A stretch of 64,000 nt of DNA from contig CBDBDQ010000005.1 of assembly GCA_965203905.1 (NCBI GenBank), positions 7,008,001-7,072,000 of the forward strand, in the 5' to 3' direction. Position 1 is the first letter of the stretch. Each line of letters opens with the position of its first letter. The notes under the pieces are model-generated. The model was given only the letters and a program-made list of their open reading frames with translations. It made no database searches and was not told the origin of the DNA. Below, in pieces: positions 19,297 to 29,470 of this stretch. A program made the translations under genes and the position numbers. This DNA comes from Spirochaetia bacterium. Lineage in GTDB: Bacteria; Spirochaetota; Spirochaetia; SZUA-6; Bin103.

Positions 19297-19521
19297 ATGA
19301 GTACAACTCGATGGTCGCTGGTGGTCTCCGAAGCAACTGACCGCGCCCTGCGTACCTTCCTTGCGAGTCGGGGACTGAAGAAAGGGCATCTCTCGCAGTT
19401 TGTTGAGGACGCCGTGAGAGAAAAGCTGTTCGATCTGACCGTCGCAGAAGTCAAAGAGCGAAACGCGGGACAAACCGATGCTGTCATGCAGGCCGTCGAG
19501 GAGGCTCTCGAGCGAGCCTGA
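19297..19521 (+). CDS. Ribbon-helix-helix antitoxin
   Basis: RWSLVVSEATDRALRTFL..KKGHLSQFVEDAV RHH pattern; directly upstream of a PIN toxin. Confidence 0.85.
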   Translation: MSTTRWSLVVSEATDRALRTFLASRGLKKGHLSQFVEDAVREKLFDLTVAEVKERNAGQTDAVMQAVEEALERA

Positions 19522-19524
19522 GGC

Positions 19525-19935
19525 GTGCGTGTTGTGCTCGACACCGGAATCCTCGTTGCCGCTCTGATCACACGGGACACACCCCCAGACCAACTGTACC
19601 AGCTGTGGCGCAAGCAACGGTTCACGCTGATCACGTCCGAGCCGCAGTTAAGCGAGTTCCGGCGCGTCACTCGTTACCCGAAGCTGCGTCGGTTTCTGAA
19701 GGCTCACGAAGCGGGGACCCTCCTGCGCGGGGTGCGTGCGCGAGCTGTTGTTGTCCCAGGGCTGCCACAGATCGATCTTGTCGACGACCCCGACGACAAT
19801 CTCGTGCTTGCCACCGCTCTCGCCGGCGAGGCTGACTATCTGGTCACCGGAGATCGGCGTCACCTACTGCACCTGAAGAAGGTGCAGCACACGAGGATCT
19901 TGACGGCACGTGAGCTCACAGAGTTGCTCAACTGA
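19525..19935 (+). CDS. PIN-domain toxin (VapC-like)
   Basis: MRVVLDTGILV, DPDDN.VL..A..G.ADYLVTGDR motifs. Confidence 0.92.
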   Translation: MRVVLDTGILVAALITRDTPPDQLYQLWRKQRFTLITSEPQLSEFRRVTRYPKLRRFLKAHEAGTLLRGVRARAVVVPGLPQIDLVDDPDDNLVLATALAGEADYLVTGDRRHLLHLKKVQHTRILTARELTELLN

Positions 19936-20394
19936 CCGTTCCCGACGAACGGGACCGGCCGATGGCCATTCCGAGTTCTCGATCCCATCCCTGGCCTTAC
20001 ACCAGGCGGCGACTTGGCCCAACTCGAACGCCCCGTGCATCGGCTTCGCTGACCGGCCAGGTCACGCCCATCCACAGCCGGCGCTCGTCGACCTGGTCGG
20101 CCGCGTTCCGGGCGCGCCTCCGGAACTGCCGCCGGCGCATGCACACCCGTGGCGCCACGGATGGAGCCACGGGTGGAGGGCCCGGTGCATCCGGCGTGAC
20201 ACCCCGGGAGGTGCCGGTCGGCCGCACATCCATGGGTCGGCACGGCGGTGGCGAAGCCAAAGGAGACCGGCACCGGGGCGATCGAGCGGGAAGACATCTG
20301 GGGCCGATCCGTCGCACCTCGCCTTGCTGACCTGGCTGGACGGCCGCCCGGGCGCAGGCGCGTGCACACCTGCGCTGCCGCAGGCGGGCCTTCC

Positions 20395-21324
20395 TTAAAC
20401 CGACCCGGCGGCTCCGGCACCGAGGCGACCACCGCCCCTCAACCTCGGATCAAGCAGGTCCCGCAGGGCGTCGCCGAACATGTTTAGACTGTAAACGGTA
20501 ATAGTCAGGCAAAGACCCGGCCAGAGAGCCAGGTGTGGCGCCTGCTCCATGTATTTACGCCCTTCCCGGCTGAGCAGAGCTCCCCACTCAGCAATCTGGA
20601 TTGGCAGACCGAATCCGAGGAAGCTCAGAGAAGCTATACTCAGGATTACGCCTCCGATGTTGATGCTGAATATGATGATTACGACAGGAATAATATTGGG
20701 CACGACATGTCGCACAAACATTCTCCATCTTGAGCTACCAATCGCCTCCGCCGCCTGAACATACACGTTCTCCTTTATGCCAATAACGGCGCCTCTGACT
20801 ATTCTTGAGCCGCCGATGCCTCCGGCTATCCCCAGGACCAGTATCATCTGTGGCACACCCCGCCCCACCAGCGACATTATGGTTAACAACAGGAGCAGTC
20901 CCGGGAAACACATCCAGGCATCGACAAATCTCTGCACAGCCAGGTCCAATTTACCACCAAGGAATCCTGAGGTGCCACCTATCAGGGTAGCGACGACAAC
21001 ATTAACACCGGTCGCGGCCAGACCGACAAGTAACGAAATACGAGCACCGTAGATAATGCGGCTCAAGAAGTCTCGCCCCAGCTGGTCGGTACCCAGCAGA
21101 TACTGGGCTGATGAGCCCTGCAGCATGTCGTACAGGTGCATTTCATCATATGGATAAGGAGCCAGAACATCGGCAAAGATAGCGACAAGAATCAATATCA
21201 ATACAATAATCCCGCAGGCAGTACCCAGTGGCTTCTCCTTCCACATCCTGGTAAAGAAATCAGCCACCGCGTTGCGTCTCTTTGGCTCGCTTACTGTTGA
21301 TGGTATCCTTGTGATATCACTCAT
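20395..21324 (-). CDS. Peptide/nickel-type ABC permease (DppC-like)
   Basis: LGTDQLGRD..SRIIYGARISL, GDALRDLLDP. Confidence 0.93.
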   Translation of the reverse strand: MSDITRIPSTVSEPKRRNAVADFFTRMWKEKPLGTACGIIVLILILVAIFADVLAPYPYDEMHLYDMLQGSSAQYLLGTDQLGRDFLSRIIYGARISLLVGLAATGVNVVVATLIGGTSGFLGGKLDLAVQRFVDAWMCFPGLLLLLTIMSLVGRGVPQMILVLGIAGGIGGSRIVRGAVIGIKENVYVQAAEAIGSSRWRMFVRHVVPNIIPVVIIIFSINIGGVILSIASLSFLGFGLPIQIAEWGALLSREGRKYMEQAPHLALWPGLCLTITVYSLNMFGDALRDLLDPRLRGGGRLGAGAAGSV

Positions 21325-21342
21325 AATCCCGATTTTCCTCCT

Positions 21343-22341
21343 TTATCTATAACCGACCCTGGGGTCTAGATAGGGATAAATCAGGTCGATCATTAGATTG
21401 GCCCCCATAACCACGACGGCGAAAAAGAGATTTACCCCGGAGACCACCGGGTAGTCTCTGCCTTCGAGGGCAACCACCATGAGACGACCCAACCCCGGAA
21501 GGTTGAATATGTTCTCCATGATGACCGAGCCACCTATCAGGATCGGCAACTGCAGGCCTATCAGGGTAACTATCGGGATGAGGGCATTTTTAACGGCGTG
21601 TCTGATTATGATTACCCGCTCCTTGAGGCCCTTGGACCAGGCGGTCCTGATATAGTCCTGCCTTAAGACCTCCAGCATCATGGTGCGCGTCAGCCGCATT
21701 GTTATCGCAGCCATGCCCGTCCCCAGAATCACGCTGGGAATGATGAACACTCCCAGATTCCCCAGCGGGTCTTCCGTGAAAGGAATCGGTTCCATTGGTG
21801 GCGTCCAGCCCCACCAGAGTGCCGGGTAGAGCATGACCATCAGTGCCAGCCAGAAGTTGGGAGTTGCCATGCCGATGATGGCGATGGAGCGCCCCAGGTA
21901 GTCGGCGGCGGTATCCTGGCGAATCGCCGAGTAGATGCCGACTGGCAGGGCTATCAGCAGCCCGATTACGATTGCCATGAAACCAAGCTCAATGGTGATC
22001 GGCAATCTACCGAATATACTGTCCTCTACCGCCTCCTGGCGGTGATGCAGTGACCGGCCAAGGGTGCCCTGGAGGAGACCGTTGTAGTGGGACTCACCGG
22101 TAACCCAGTCAGGGGTCGGCAACACTCCTATCCAGCGTCCATACTGCACGTGCACAGGCACGTCCAATCCCAGCATATGCTCCAGCGCTTCACGGTCTAC
22201 CTCACGACCCGTGACATCCTTACCCAACATTGCGTCTATTGTATCGCCGGGGATGAAGCGGACGGAGAGAAAGACCAGGGTGCTCAATATAAACAAGGTG
22301 GGGATTATCAGCAATAACCGCCTGATAATATAGGCTCTCAT
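21343..22341 (-). CDS. Peptide/nickel-type ABC permease (DppB-like)
   Basis: MRAYIIRRLL, QDYIRTAWSKGL, RDYPVV. Confidence 0.93.
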   Translation of the reverse strand: MRAYIIRRLLLIIPTLFILSTLVFLSVRFIPGDTIDAMLGKDVTGREVDREALEHMLGLDVPVHVQYGRWIGVLPTPDWVTGESHYNGLLQGTLGRSLHHRQEAVEDSIFGRLPITIELGFMAIVIGLLIALPVGIYSAIRQDTAADYLGRSIAIIGMATPNFWLALMVMLYPALWWGWTPPMEPIPFTEDPLGNLGVFIIPSVILGTGMAAITMRLTRTMMLEVLRQDYIRTAWSKGLKERVIIIRHAVKNALIPIVTLIGLQLPILIGGSVIMENIFNLPGLGRLMVVALEGRDYPVVSGVNLFFAVVVMGANLMIDLIYPYLDPRVGYR

Positions 22342-22353
22342 GTCACACTACTC

Positions 22354-22462
22354 CTTGTCATTGCGGCGAAGAACCTGCCCCGGAATGGATCCGGGGCCGC
22401 AATCCAGAGTAATTTCAAATGGTGCGTTTTCTGTATTCCGGGTCTTCGCCCGGAATGACAAG
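22354..22462. repeat. GTCATT..AATGAC-type REP/palindromic element
   Basis: Terminal IR CTTGTCATT/AATGACAAG with internal hairpins (CCCCGGA..TCCGGGG; TTCCGGG..CCCGGAA). Confidence 0.7.
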
Positions 22463-22481
22463 TGTCCCCTCCAGGAGTATC

Positions 22482-22523
22482 GGAACCGGGAGGCTGTCGC
22501 CTGCAGGCGCGCCTCCCGGTTCC
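22482..22523. terminator. Stem-loop downstream of the binding-protein gene
   Basis: GGAACCGGGAGGC...GCCTCCCGGTTCC, 13-bp stem. Confidence 0.65.
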
Positions 22524-22544
22524 CTTTTCCCCTGAGATCAGCCG

Positions 22545-24326
22545 CTAATGACCCATTGCTTCCTTCAGCTCACTATCAATCCAGAGGAAGGTAAAGAGGG
22601 TATGCACTTCAAAGCCGCCCAAGCGATTTTCTCCGTTATAGCCTATGAGCCAGGGCTGGGCCAAATGAAACACTGGACTCTTTGGACCCCATATCTGGAA
22701 GTGGTTCTCTATCGCGTACATATCTGCCTCTGCAATCAGCCTCTGCTGCTCCTCAATGGTAGGAGCGGCTAGGGCGGCTTCAATGATGGCGTCCAACTCA
22801 GGCCACTGGTGTCCGCCGCGGTTCCACTGTGCGTTCGAGTGATACCGGCCTACAAACATGGCAGGGTCATAAGCGGCGCCCGCAATGGCACTGATCATGC
22901 CTTCATAATTACGCGAGAATAGCCTCTCGTGATATTCGGGGTTGTCCAGTGCATCAATCTCAACATCGACGCCAATCTCAGCCCAGTAGGAGGCAGCTAT
23001 TTCTGCATATTCTAAGGTTGCCCAAGCCCCGTAAGTCAATGAGGTCTTGAATCTAGTGCCGTCGGCGCCGCGCGGATATCCAGCCGCATCAAGGAGCTTC
23101 TCGGCAGCTTCCGGGTCATACCTGTAGTATTGCTTGACCTCTTCGGGCCACTCTTCAAATGGGATGTAATACCCTTTATTCGCCATCCGTCCCATAGGTG
23201 TCGCATCTGCCTGACCCTTCCAGAGCGTGGCCGCAATGGTCTCGTTGTCCAGCGCCATCTGCATTGCGCGGACCACGTTGATGTCGTTGAAGGGCGGCAC
23301 GCGATGGTTAGGAGCAAAAGAATCACTCGACCGAGACCAAAGCGTGTGCACCGCGATTTCGGGGTTGGTCCGCTGCAGGCTCATTACCGAGTTCATATCA
23401 GTAACCCACTCTTTGAGATCAATCTTGCCTGAGCGTAGTGCTGCCATGGTTGTTGCTTCCTCTGGAATAATCAGGACCCTGTGCTCGTCGACGTATGGCA
23501 AGCGGTTCTGCGGGTATTTTGGGTCGAAGCCCCAGTAGTCAGGATTCTTGGTATAGGTCCTAGAGCTGCCCAACACCCACTCAGTCAGCATAAAGGGCCC
23601 GGTGCCGACCAGGTTCCTCCAGTCCATATCGACGCCATGTTGCTCGATTACCTCGGGGGGCATTATGTAAGCAAAGTCGTCGAGGAGGATAAGCCCCAGC
23701 GCAGGGAGGTATGGCTTCGTCAGCTTAATAACAACCGTCCATTTGTCGGTGGCCGTTACCGATTCCCATGGTATGGCGATGAGTGCGGCGGCGGGACCAA
23801 AGGCGCTAGGTCCTGCTTCGGAGAACTTGCCCAGACCCAACATACGGTGAAAGCTGTATTCGACATCATCGGCGGTCAGCTCCCGACCGTTCATGGGCGC
23901 CTTATTATGCCAGTGAACGCCCTTGCGGATGTGGAAGGTATAGGTGAGCCCGTCCGGGGAAATATCCCACTTTTCAGCCAGCCTCCCTGTCACGAAAGAC
24001 ACAGGGAGGAACGATTTAAAGTCATGTACGTCTCTATCTACTCCCCAGTTGCCGATACCAAGCTTCTCTACGACGCCCGAGATGGTTAGGGACGAGTACC
24101 CGACATAGGGGTCAGCAGGGAAATCCTGAGGACTTGGTACGGCCTTGGTTATTGTCCCGCCATACTGTGGCGCCGTTACCATCATGCCGGTGGTCGGGTC
24201 GAGCACCATTTCCTTCTCGGCGGCGGACGCCGGCTCCTCCTCGCTGGCAGCGCCGGCCCACAGGCCGGTTGCGGTCAGGTTGAGGACCAACGCAACCGCG
24301 AAGGTCCTTGCAAGAAATATCTTCAT
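22545..24326 (-). CDS. ABC substrate-binding protein, family 5
   Basis: Signal peptide, LAEKWDISPDGLTYTFHIRKGVHW, VGTGPF, NPDYW, LPYVD. Confidence 0.93.
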   Translation of the reverse strand: MKIFLARTFAVALVLNLTATGLWAGAASEEEPASAAEKEMVLDPTTGMMVTAPQYGGTITKAVPSPQDFPADPYVGYSSLTISGVVEKLGIGNWGVDRDVHDFKSFLPVSFVTGRLAEKWDISPDGLTYTFHIRKGVHWHNKAPMNGRELTADDVEYSFHRMLGLGKFSEAGPSAFGPAAALIAIPWESVTATDKWTVVIKLTKPYLPALGLILLDDFAYIMPPEVIEQHGVDMDWRNLVGTGPFMLTEWVLGSSRTYTKNPDYWGFDPKYPQNRLPYVDEHRVLIIPEEATTMAALRSGKIDLKEWVTDMNSVMSLQRTNPEIAVHTLWSRSSDSFAPNHRVPPFNDINVVRAMQMALDNETIAATLWKGQADATPMGRMANKGYYIPFEEWPEEVKQYYRYDPEAAEKLLDAAGYPRGADGTRFKTSLTYGAWATLEYAEIAASYWAEIGVDVEIDALDNPEYHERLFSRNYEGMISAIAGAAYDPAMFVGRYHSNAQWNRGGHQWPELDAIIEAALAAPTIEEQQRLIAEADMYAIENHFQIWGPKSPVFHLAQPWLIGYNGENRLGGFEVHTLFTFLWIDSELKEAMGH

Positions 24327-24831
24327 CGTTTCTTCCTTGAATGTTATTTCGAGAGTATTGCGTTGCGGGTTGCCGCTCCGGCTACTCTGACGCCCGCAAC
24401 GCGGGCGCGCCCGCCAAGGCGGGCCACCAGTCTGAGTCGATTTGTGACGCGCGCAGCGTGTGACTCATCCGGGTTCACCCCGGGCTCACGCCGCGCGCGC
24501 CCAGGGCTCTTGAGTATCATTCGAACCTCCTTCTTCTCTAGATCTACGTCGGGATCTGCGTTACAACGCCACGCGTGGCGGTGGTCTGAGCAGCAGTGAG
24601 TCTGAATGGCCGGCAACGCAGGCGGTGGGTTTTGCGGGCAGTCAGTCGCGGGCAGCGATCCGGGACGGCTGCCCTCGCCGCCGGGAAGGGTGGGGGCGGC
24701 CCGCATGCCGGTTCGATGGACGGAGCCGGTGCCACCGACAGCTACGGCGGTGCTGAAGGCGACGGCGTGCGCGGGGTCTCGTAGGGGGCGATCAGCCCGA
24801 GCGGTTAGTTGTGGTTCTATGCAAGAGCTAT

Positions 24832-24935
24832 GACGAGGGGACGAGGGGACGAGGGGACGAGGGGACGAGGGGACGAGGGGACGAGGGGACGAGGGGACGA
24901 GGGGACGAGGGGACGAGGGGACGAGGGGACGAGGG
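24832..24935 (+). repeat. Perfect tandem repeat (GACGAGGG)13
   Basis: Thirteen consecutive 8-bp units counted directly. Confidence 0.95.
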
Positions 24936-25366
24936 GAAACGCCATGTTCACCACGCTGTCTGTATTATTAGAACACAGAACGGGGATCATGTCAACGGGT
25001 AGGTCAGCTCGATTCAGCTCGATTCCAGGATTTCCAGGACTCTGTCCGGCTCTGGTTGGGCGGTGCTTGTCCATCACTCCGAGCCGACAGCAGTGCACGA
25101 GTTGTTTCTCGTCCCGGCACGCCGGCGCCGCGGCTGACAGGTGCTCCGAGACTCCCTGCATCTCTGCCAGCCGCACCACCAGGCACTACCACGGGACCTG
25201 AGCTCCTGTTGCGACTCGCACGCCGCCTCCGCCCGGCCTTCGGCGCGACCGGCGGTGCATTCTCCTGGCACTGGCGCAGCAGGAACGGTTCGCCGTCCGG
25301 CACGGTAGAGGCAGATATCGGGGTGCCGCGCGTTTGATCCCGTGGGGCGACGGGGTAAGATGAGGC

Positions 25367-26920
25367 GTGGCCCGGCGCAGACTGCCCATCGGCATGCAGA
25401 CCTTCCGCAAGCTGCGCGAAGAGGACTGTTATTACGTGGACAAGACGCCCTACATCGAACGGTTGCTCGATGAGGGCTCCCACTATTTCCTGTCACGCCC
25501 GCGGCGGTTCGGCAAGAGCCTGTTCCTGGACACGCTGAAGGAGTTGTTCGAGGGCAACGAGGAGTTGTTCACGGGGCTCTACATTCACGCCTGCGGGGAC
25601 TGGAACTGGTCGGCGCGCCACCCGGTGGTGCGGCTGGACTTCGCCGGCGGGAGCTTCAAGGAGCCGGGCTACCTCCAAACCAACCTGGCGGCGCAGTTGG
25701 ACGGCATGGAGGTAGCGAGCGGGGTGCGTCCGCGCTACGACACGGCGCCTGAACGGTTCGGCTACCTGATCAGGTCGTTGCACGAGCGCAGCGGGCAGCG
25801 GGTGGCGGTGCTGGTGGACGAGTACGACAAGCCGATCCTGGACGCGTTGCAGACGCCGGAGATCGCCCTTGCCAACCGCGACTACCTGCGCGGGCTGTAC
25901 GGCGTGATCAAGGCGCGCGACGCGCACGTGCGGTTCACGTTCGTGACCGGGGTAAGCAAGTTCACCAAGGTGAGCCTCTTTTCAGACTTGAACAACCTCA
26001 CTGACATCACCCTGGATCCGGCATACTCGTCGATCTGCGGCTACACCGAGGGCGACCTGGAGACGGTGTTCGCGCCGGAGCTGGCGGAACTCGACCGGGA
26101 GCGGGTGCGCGAGTGGTACAACGGCTATAGCTGGCTGGGCGCGGAAAAGGTATACAACCCGTACGACGTGCTGCTGCTGCTGCGCCGCCGCAAGTTTGCC
26201 GCCCACTGGTTCGAAACCGGGACCCCGGCGTTCCTGGTGAACACGCTGTTCGAGCGCCGGGTCGCGTCGGTGGCACTGGACCAGATGCTAGGCACGGAGG
26301 ATCTGCTGTCGGCATTCGACGTGGGCAAGATCGGCACCGAAGCGTTGCTGTTCCAGACCGGCTACCTGACTATTACGGCCGAAGAGGAGCTGGGCGGCAT
26401 GGCGCTGTATCGTCTGGGGTATCCGAATCGGGAGGTGCGCCAGAGCCTGAACCGGGTGTTGCTGAGGCAACTGGTGCAGGACACGGAACGGCAGACGGCC
26501 AACAGCATGCGCTTGGCGCGGCTGCTGGAGGCGCACGACTGCGCGGGGCTGAAGGAGCTGTTCCACGCCTTCTTCGCGAGCATTCCGTACCAGTGGTACA
26601 CGAACAACCAGATCGCCCAGTTCGAGGGCTTCTACGCGAGCGTGGTCTACTCCTACTTCGCGGCGCTGGGGTATGAGATCGCGGTGGAGGAGTCGAGCAG
26701 CCACGGGCGGCTGGACATGGCGGTGCGCACCGGCGGGCACGTGTACCTGTTCGAGTTCAAGGTGGCGGAGATGGCGCCGCCGGGGTCGGCGCTGGCGCAG
26801 TTGCGGGAGCGCGGGTACGCGGACAAGTACCGGGGCCGGGGCGAGCCGATCCACCTGATCGGGGTGGAGTTCAGCCGCGAGACGCGCAACGTGACGGCGT
26901 TCGAGGTGGCGGACGGCTGA
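25367..26920 (+). CDS. AAA-ATPase-like protein with C-terminal PD-(D/E)XK nuclease domain
   Basis: RLPIGMQTF..YYVDKT, SRPRRFGKSL (Walker A), LVDEYDKP (Walker B), GRLDM..FEFK..Q...GY..KY. Confidence 0.93.
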   Translation: MARRRLPIGMQTFRKLREEDCYYVDKTPYIERLLDEGSHYFLSRPRRFGKSLFLDTLKELFEGNEELFTGLYIHACGDWNWSARHPVVRLDFAGGSFKEPGYLQTNLAAQLDGMEVASGVRPRYDTAPERFGYLIRSLHERSGQRVAVLVDEYDKPILDALQTPEIALANRDYLRGLYGVIKARDAHVRFTFVTGVSKFTKVSLFSDLNNLTDITLDPAYSSICGYTEGDLETVFAPELAELDRERVREWYNGYSWLGAEKVYNPYDVLLLLRRRKFAAHWFETGTPAFLVNTLFERRVASVALDQMLGTEDLLSAFDVGKIGTEALLFQTGYLTITAEEELGGMALYRLGYPNREVRQSLNRVLLRQLVQDTERQTANSMRLARLLEAHDCAGLKELFHAFFASIPYQWYTNNQIAQFEGFYASVVYSYFAALGYEIAVEESSSHGRLDMAVRTGGHVYLFEFKVAEMAPPGSALAQLRERGYADKYRGRGEPIHLIGVEFSRETRNVTAFEVADG

Positions 26921-27144
26921 GGGCGGCTCGCCGTCGCGGGAGAGAGCCAGGTCGCGGTCCGTGACAATGAGCGCGAGCCGTGGTGCACCGGTGGCCGCCT
27001 TCTTTTGCCTGCCCACCGAGCACGCCGAGTCCCCCGATCTCGGTTGACTCCCCGGCTGCTGCTTCGGCAACAATCACCTGCCCATGTTGCCCATGCCATC
27101 CGGGTCGACGGTGTGAGGGGGCTGGGATAGACTTCGCATTCGAG

Positions 27145-27939
27145 ATGGAGCAGCACAAGTTACGGGCCCTCTCGCCCGCCGCGGTGGAGGAGTTCCGGCT
27201 CAATGGGTTTCTCAAGGTTGACAACGTGTTGACGCCTGCGGAGGTGTCCGACCTCGGCGCGCACGCGGACCTGGTTGCGGCCGGCGAGGCAGAGCACATC
27301 CCGGACTCCAGCCTGCAACTGGAGCCGGAGTTCCGCGACGGCACCACGGCGGTGGCCGACCGCGTGCTTGCCACGCGCAAGCTGTTCAACATGGCGGTGT
27401 ACGACGACCTGCTATGGGCGCATGCCACCCACCCCGCCGTGGTCGATATCGTTGCCGACCTGCTGGGCACCGACGACATCAAGATGTACGGCGACCAGTT
27501 GTTCATGAAGTCGCCGGTGACCGGCACCGCGCAGCCCTGGCACCAGGACTCCGCCTCCTGGCGCGACATCTTCCCGATGGACCTGGTGACCGCCTGGACG
27601 GCAATCGACGACGCCACCCTGGACAACGGCTGCCTGCGCTTCGTGCCCGGCACCCATCGCTGGGGGATGTTGTCGGCGGGGCGCCTGAACCACTTCATCG
27701 ACGACCTGGAGACGGAGCGCTGGCCGGCGGTGCCGGTACCGGTCCGCGCGGGCAGCATCAGCTTTCACCACAGCCTGACCCTGCACACCAGCAGCAAGAA
27801 CATTTCGCCAACGCGCCGGCGCGCATACGCCATCCACTACATGCGCGCCAGCTCCTGGAAGGACGAGACCGTGACCGACGCCCCCAAGATGCCGCCCTTC
27901 AAGCAGGTTCGGGGCCGCTCCTTCCCGGACCGCGTCTAG
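27145..27939 (+). CDS. Phytanoyl-CoA dioxygenase (PhyH) family Fe(II)/2OG enzyme
   Basis: PWHQD, NGCLRFVPGTH, FHHSLTLH..N...RR; start taken at ATG 27145. Confidence 0.9.
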   Translation: MEQHKLRALSPAAVEEFRLNGFLKVDNVLTPAEVSDLGAHADLVAAGEAEHIPDSSLQLEPEFRDGTTAVADRVLATRKLFNMAVYDDLLWAHATHPAVVDIVADLLGTDDIKMYGDQLFMKSPVTGTAQPWHQDSASWRDIFPMDLVTAWTAIDDATLDNGCLRFVPGTHRWGMLSAGRLNHFIDDLETERWPAVPVPVRAGSISFHHSLTLHTSSKNISPTRRRAYAIHYMRASSWKDETVTDAPKMPPFKQVRGRSFPDRV

Positions 27940-28003
27940 CGGCCCGTGGCGAAACTCCGGCTGCATTCGAGCGGCGATCCATCCCGGCCCACCACGGGCT
28001 GCT
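27937..28003. mobile_element. Internally shortened copy of the MITE at 17299
   Basis: TAGCGGCCCGTGGCGAAACTCCGGCTG left end and CACCACGGGCTGCT right end, again beginning at a TAG stop codon. Confidence 0.75.
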
Positions 28004-28022
28004 CGCAAGCCCGCCGGCAGCG

Positions 28023-29462
28023 ATGAGCGAGCGCCTCACCCTGCGCACCCCGCGGCCGCCGAACGTGCTGTGGATCTTCGGCGACCAGCACCGCGCCCAC
28101 GCCACCAGCTACCGCGGCGACCGCAACGTGTTCACGCCCAACATCGACAACCTGGCACGCGAGGGGATGCGCTTCGACTGCGCCGTGGCCGGCGCTCCCT
28201 GGTGCACGCCGTTCCGCGGCGCCCTGCTCAGCGGCCGCTATCCGCACCAGACCGGCGTGATCCGCACGCCCTCGGCGCTGGCGCCGGAGATCCCCACCGT
28301 GGCCCATGCCTTCGGCGCCGCCGGCTACCACACCGCCTACGTCGGCAAGTGGCACCTCGACGGCAGTAACGACCGCGAGCATTACGTGCCTCCGGAGCGG
28401 CGCGGCGGCTTCCACTACTGGATGGGCTACGAGAACAACAACAACCAGCACGAGTGCTACGTGCACGGTACGGCCAGCGAGACGCCGCAACGGCTGCCCG
28501 GCTACGAGACCGACGCCCTCAGCGACCTGCTGCTCCAGCACCTGCGCAGCCACGTCGGCGCCGCCCCCGACGGCGGTGCGGCTGGCGGCGGGCTCACCCC
28601 GGCCGACTCCGGCCCCGACTATCAGCCCTTCTTCGCCGTGCTCTCCGTGCAGCCGCCGCACGGCCCCAACGTGCCGCCCACCAACCCCTCCTACGGCGCG
28701 CCTCGCATCCACCCGGCCGACATCCACCTCCGCCCCAACGTGCCGGCGACCCCCGCCGCCCGGGAGCGCGCACGGTTCCGCCTCGCCGGCTACTACGCGA
28801 TGATCGAGAATCTGGACTACAACATCGGCCGCATCCGCCTGGCACTGACGCGGATGGGCGTCGACCGCGACACCTACGTGGTCTTTTTCTCGGATCACGG
28901 CGACATGATGGGCAGCCACGGCCAGTACGGGAAATCGACGCCCTGGGAGGAGTCGATCCGGGTGCCGTTCATCGTTCATCGCGTCGGCGGCCCCGACAAC
29001 ATGCGCGTGGGCGCCACCGACGCCCCGATCAATCACGTCGACATCGCGCCGACCAGCCTGGGACTGTGCAACATCGACACCCCGCCGGGAATGGTGGGGC
29101 ACGACTACTCTGCCCACTGCATCCGCCCGAACGCCCCCGAGTACCGCGGCGCACCGCCGCGGGAGGCGGAGCCGCAGAGCGCGTTCCTGCAGCAGATTCC
29201 GCCCAAGCCGCACCGCCACACCACCAGCATGCCGTGGCGCGGGGTGGTGACCCGCGACGGCTGGAAGTACGTCTGCACGCCGGGCACCGACTGGCTGCTG
29301 TTCGATTCCGAAGCCGACCCCTACGAGCAGGCCAACCTGGTCTACGACGCCTCCTGCCAGGAGCAGAAGGAGCGCTGCCACCGCCTGCTGGCCGAGTGGA
29401 TCGACACCACCGGCGACCGCTTCCCCCTCCCCGACATCACCCTCCCCTCCGCCGACGCATAG
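28023..29462 (+). CDS. Formylglycine-dependent sulfatase
   Basis: PNVLWIFGDQHR, CTPFR (CxPxR), GKWHL, SDHG, DPYEQ.NL. Confidence 0.93.
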   Translation: MSERLTLRTPRPPNVLWIFGDQHRAHATSYRGDRNVFTPNIDNLAREGMRFDCAVAGAPWCTPFRGALLSGRYPHQTGVIRTPSALAPEIPTVAHAFGAAGYHTAYVGKWHLDGSNDREHYVPPERRGGFHYWMGYENNNNQHECYVHGTASETPQRLPGYETDALSDLLLQHLRSHVGAAPDGGAAGGGLTPADSGPDYQPFFAVLSVQPPHGPNVPPTNPSYGAPRIHPADIHLRPNVPATPAARERARFRLAGYYAMIENLDYNIGRIRLALTRMGVDRDTYVVFFSDHGDMMGSHGQYGKSTPWEESIRVPFIVHRVGGPDNMRVGATDAPINHVDIAPTSLGLCNIDTPPGMVGHDYSAHCIRPNAPEYRGAPPREAEPQSAFLQQIPPKPHRHTTSMPWRGVVTRDGWKYVCTPGTDWLLFDSEADPYEQANLVYDASCQEQKERCHRLLAEWIDTTGDRFPLPDITLPSADA

Positions 29463-29470
29463 GGGTCGCA

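Noticed and set aside
19940-20390. ncRNA or gene in the GC-rich spacer containing a CACCCGTGGC/GCCACGGGTG hairpin
   Set aside because: No recognisable family; could be decayed coding DNA and cannot be supported.
24344-24530. Small ORF with AGGAGG RBS upstream of the binding protein (leader peptide or riboswitch)
   Set aside because: No recognisable aptamer or attenuator; coding status cannot be supported from sequence alone.
24832-24935. Possible CRISPR array or coding repeat (GRGDEGTR ORFs)
   Set aside because: No spacers and no cas genes; the ORFs are translations of a simple 8-bp repeat.
27414-28022. 682-aa extended sulfatase; likewise the 683-aa kinase, 580-aa Tam and 724-aa permease 'fusions'
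   Set aside because: The extensions are off-frame shadows of upstream genes in GC-rich DNA; better starts lie downstream.
16207-29462. Diversity-generating retroelement template/variable repeat pair
   Set aside because: No reverse transcriptase, the repeat is over 1 kb, and differences are not adenine-specific.
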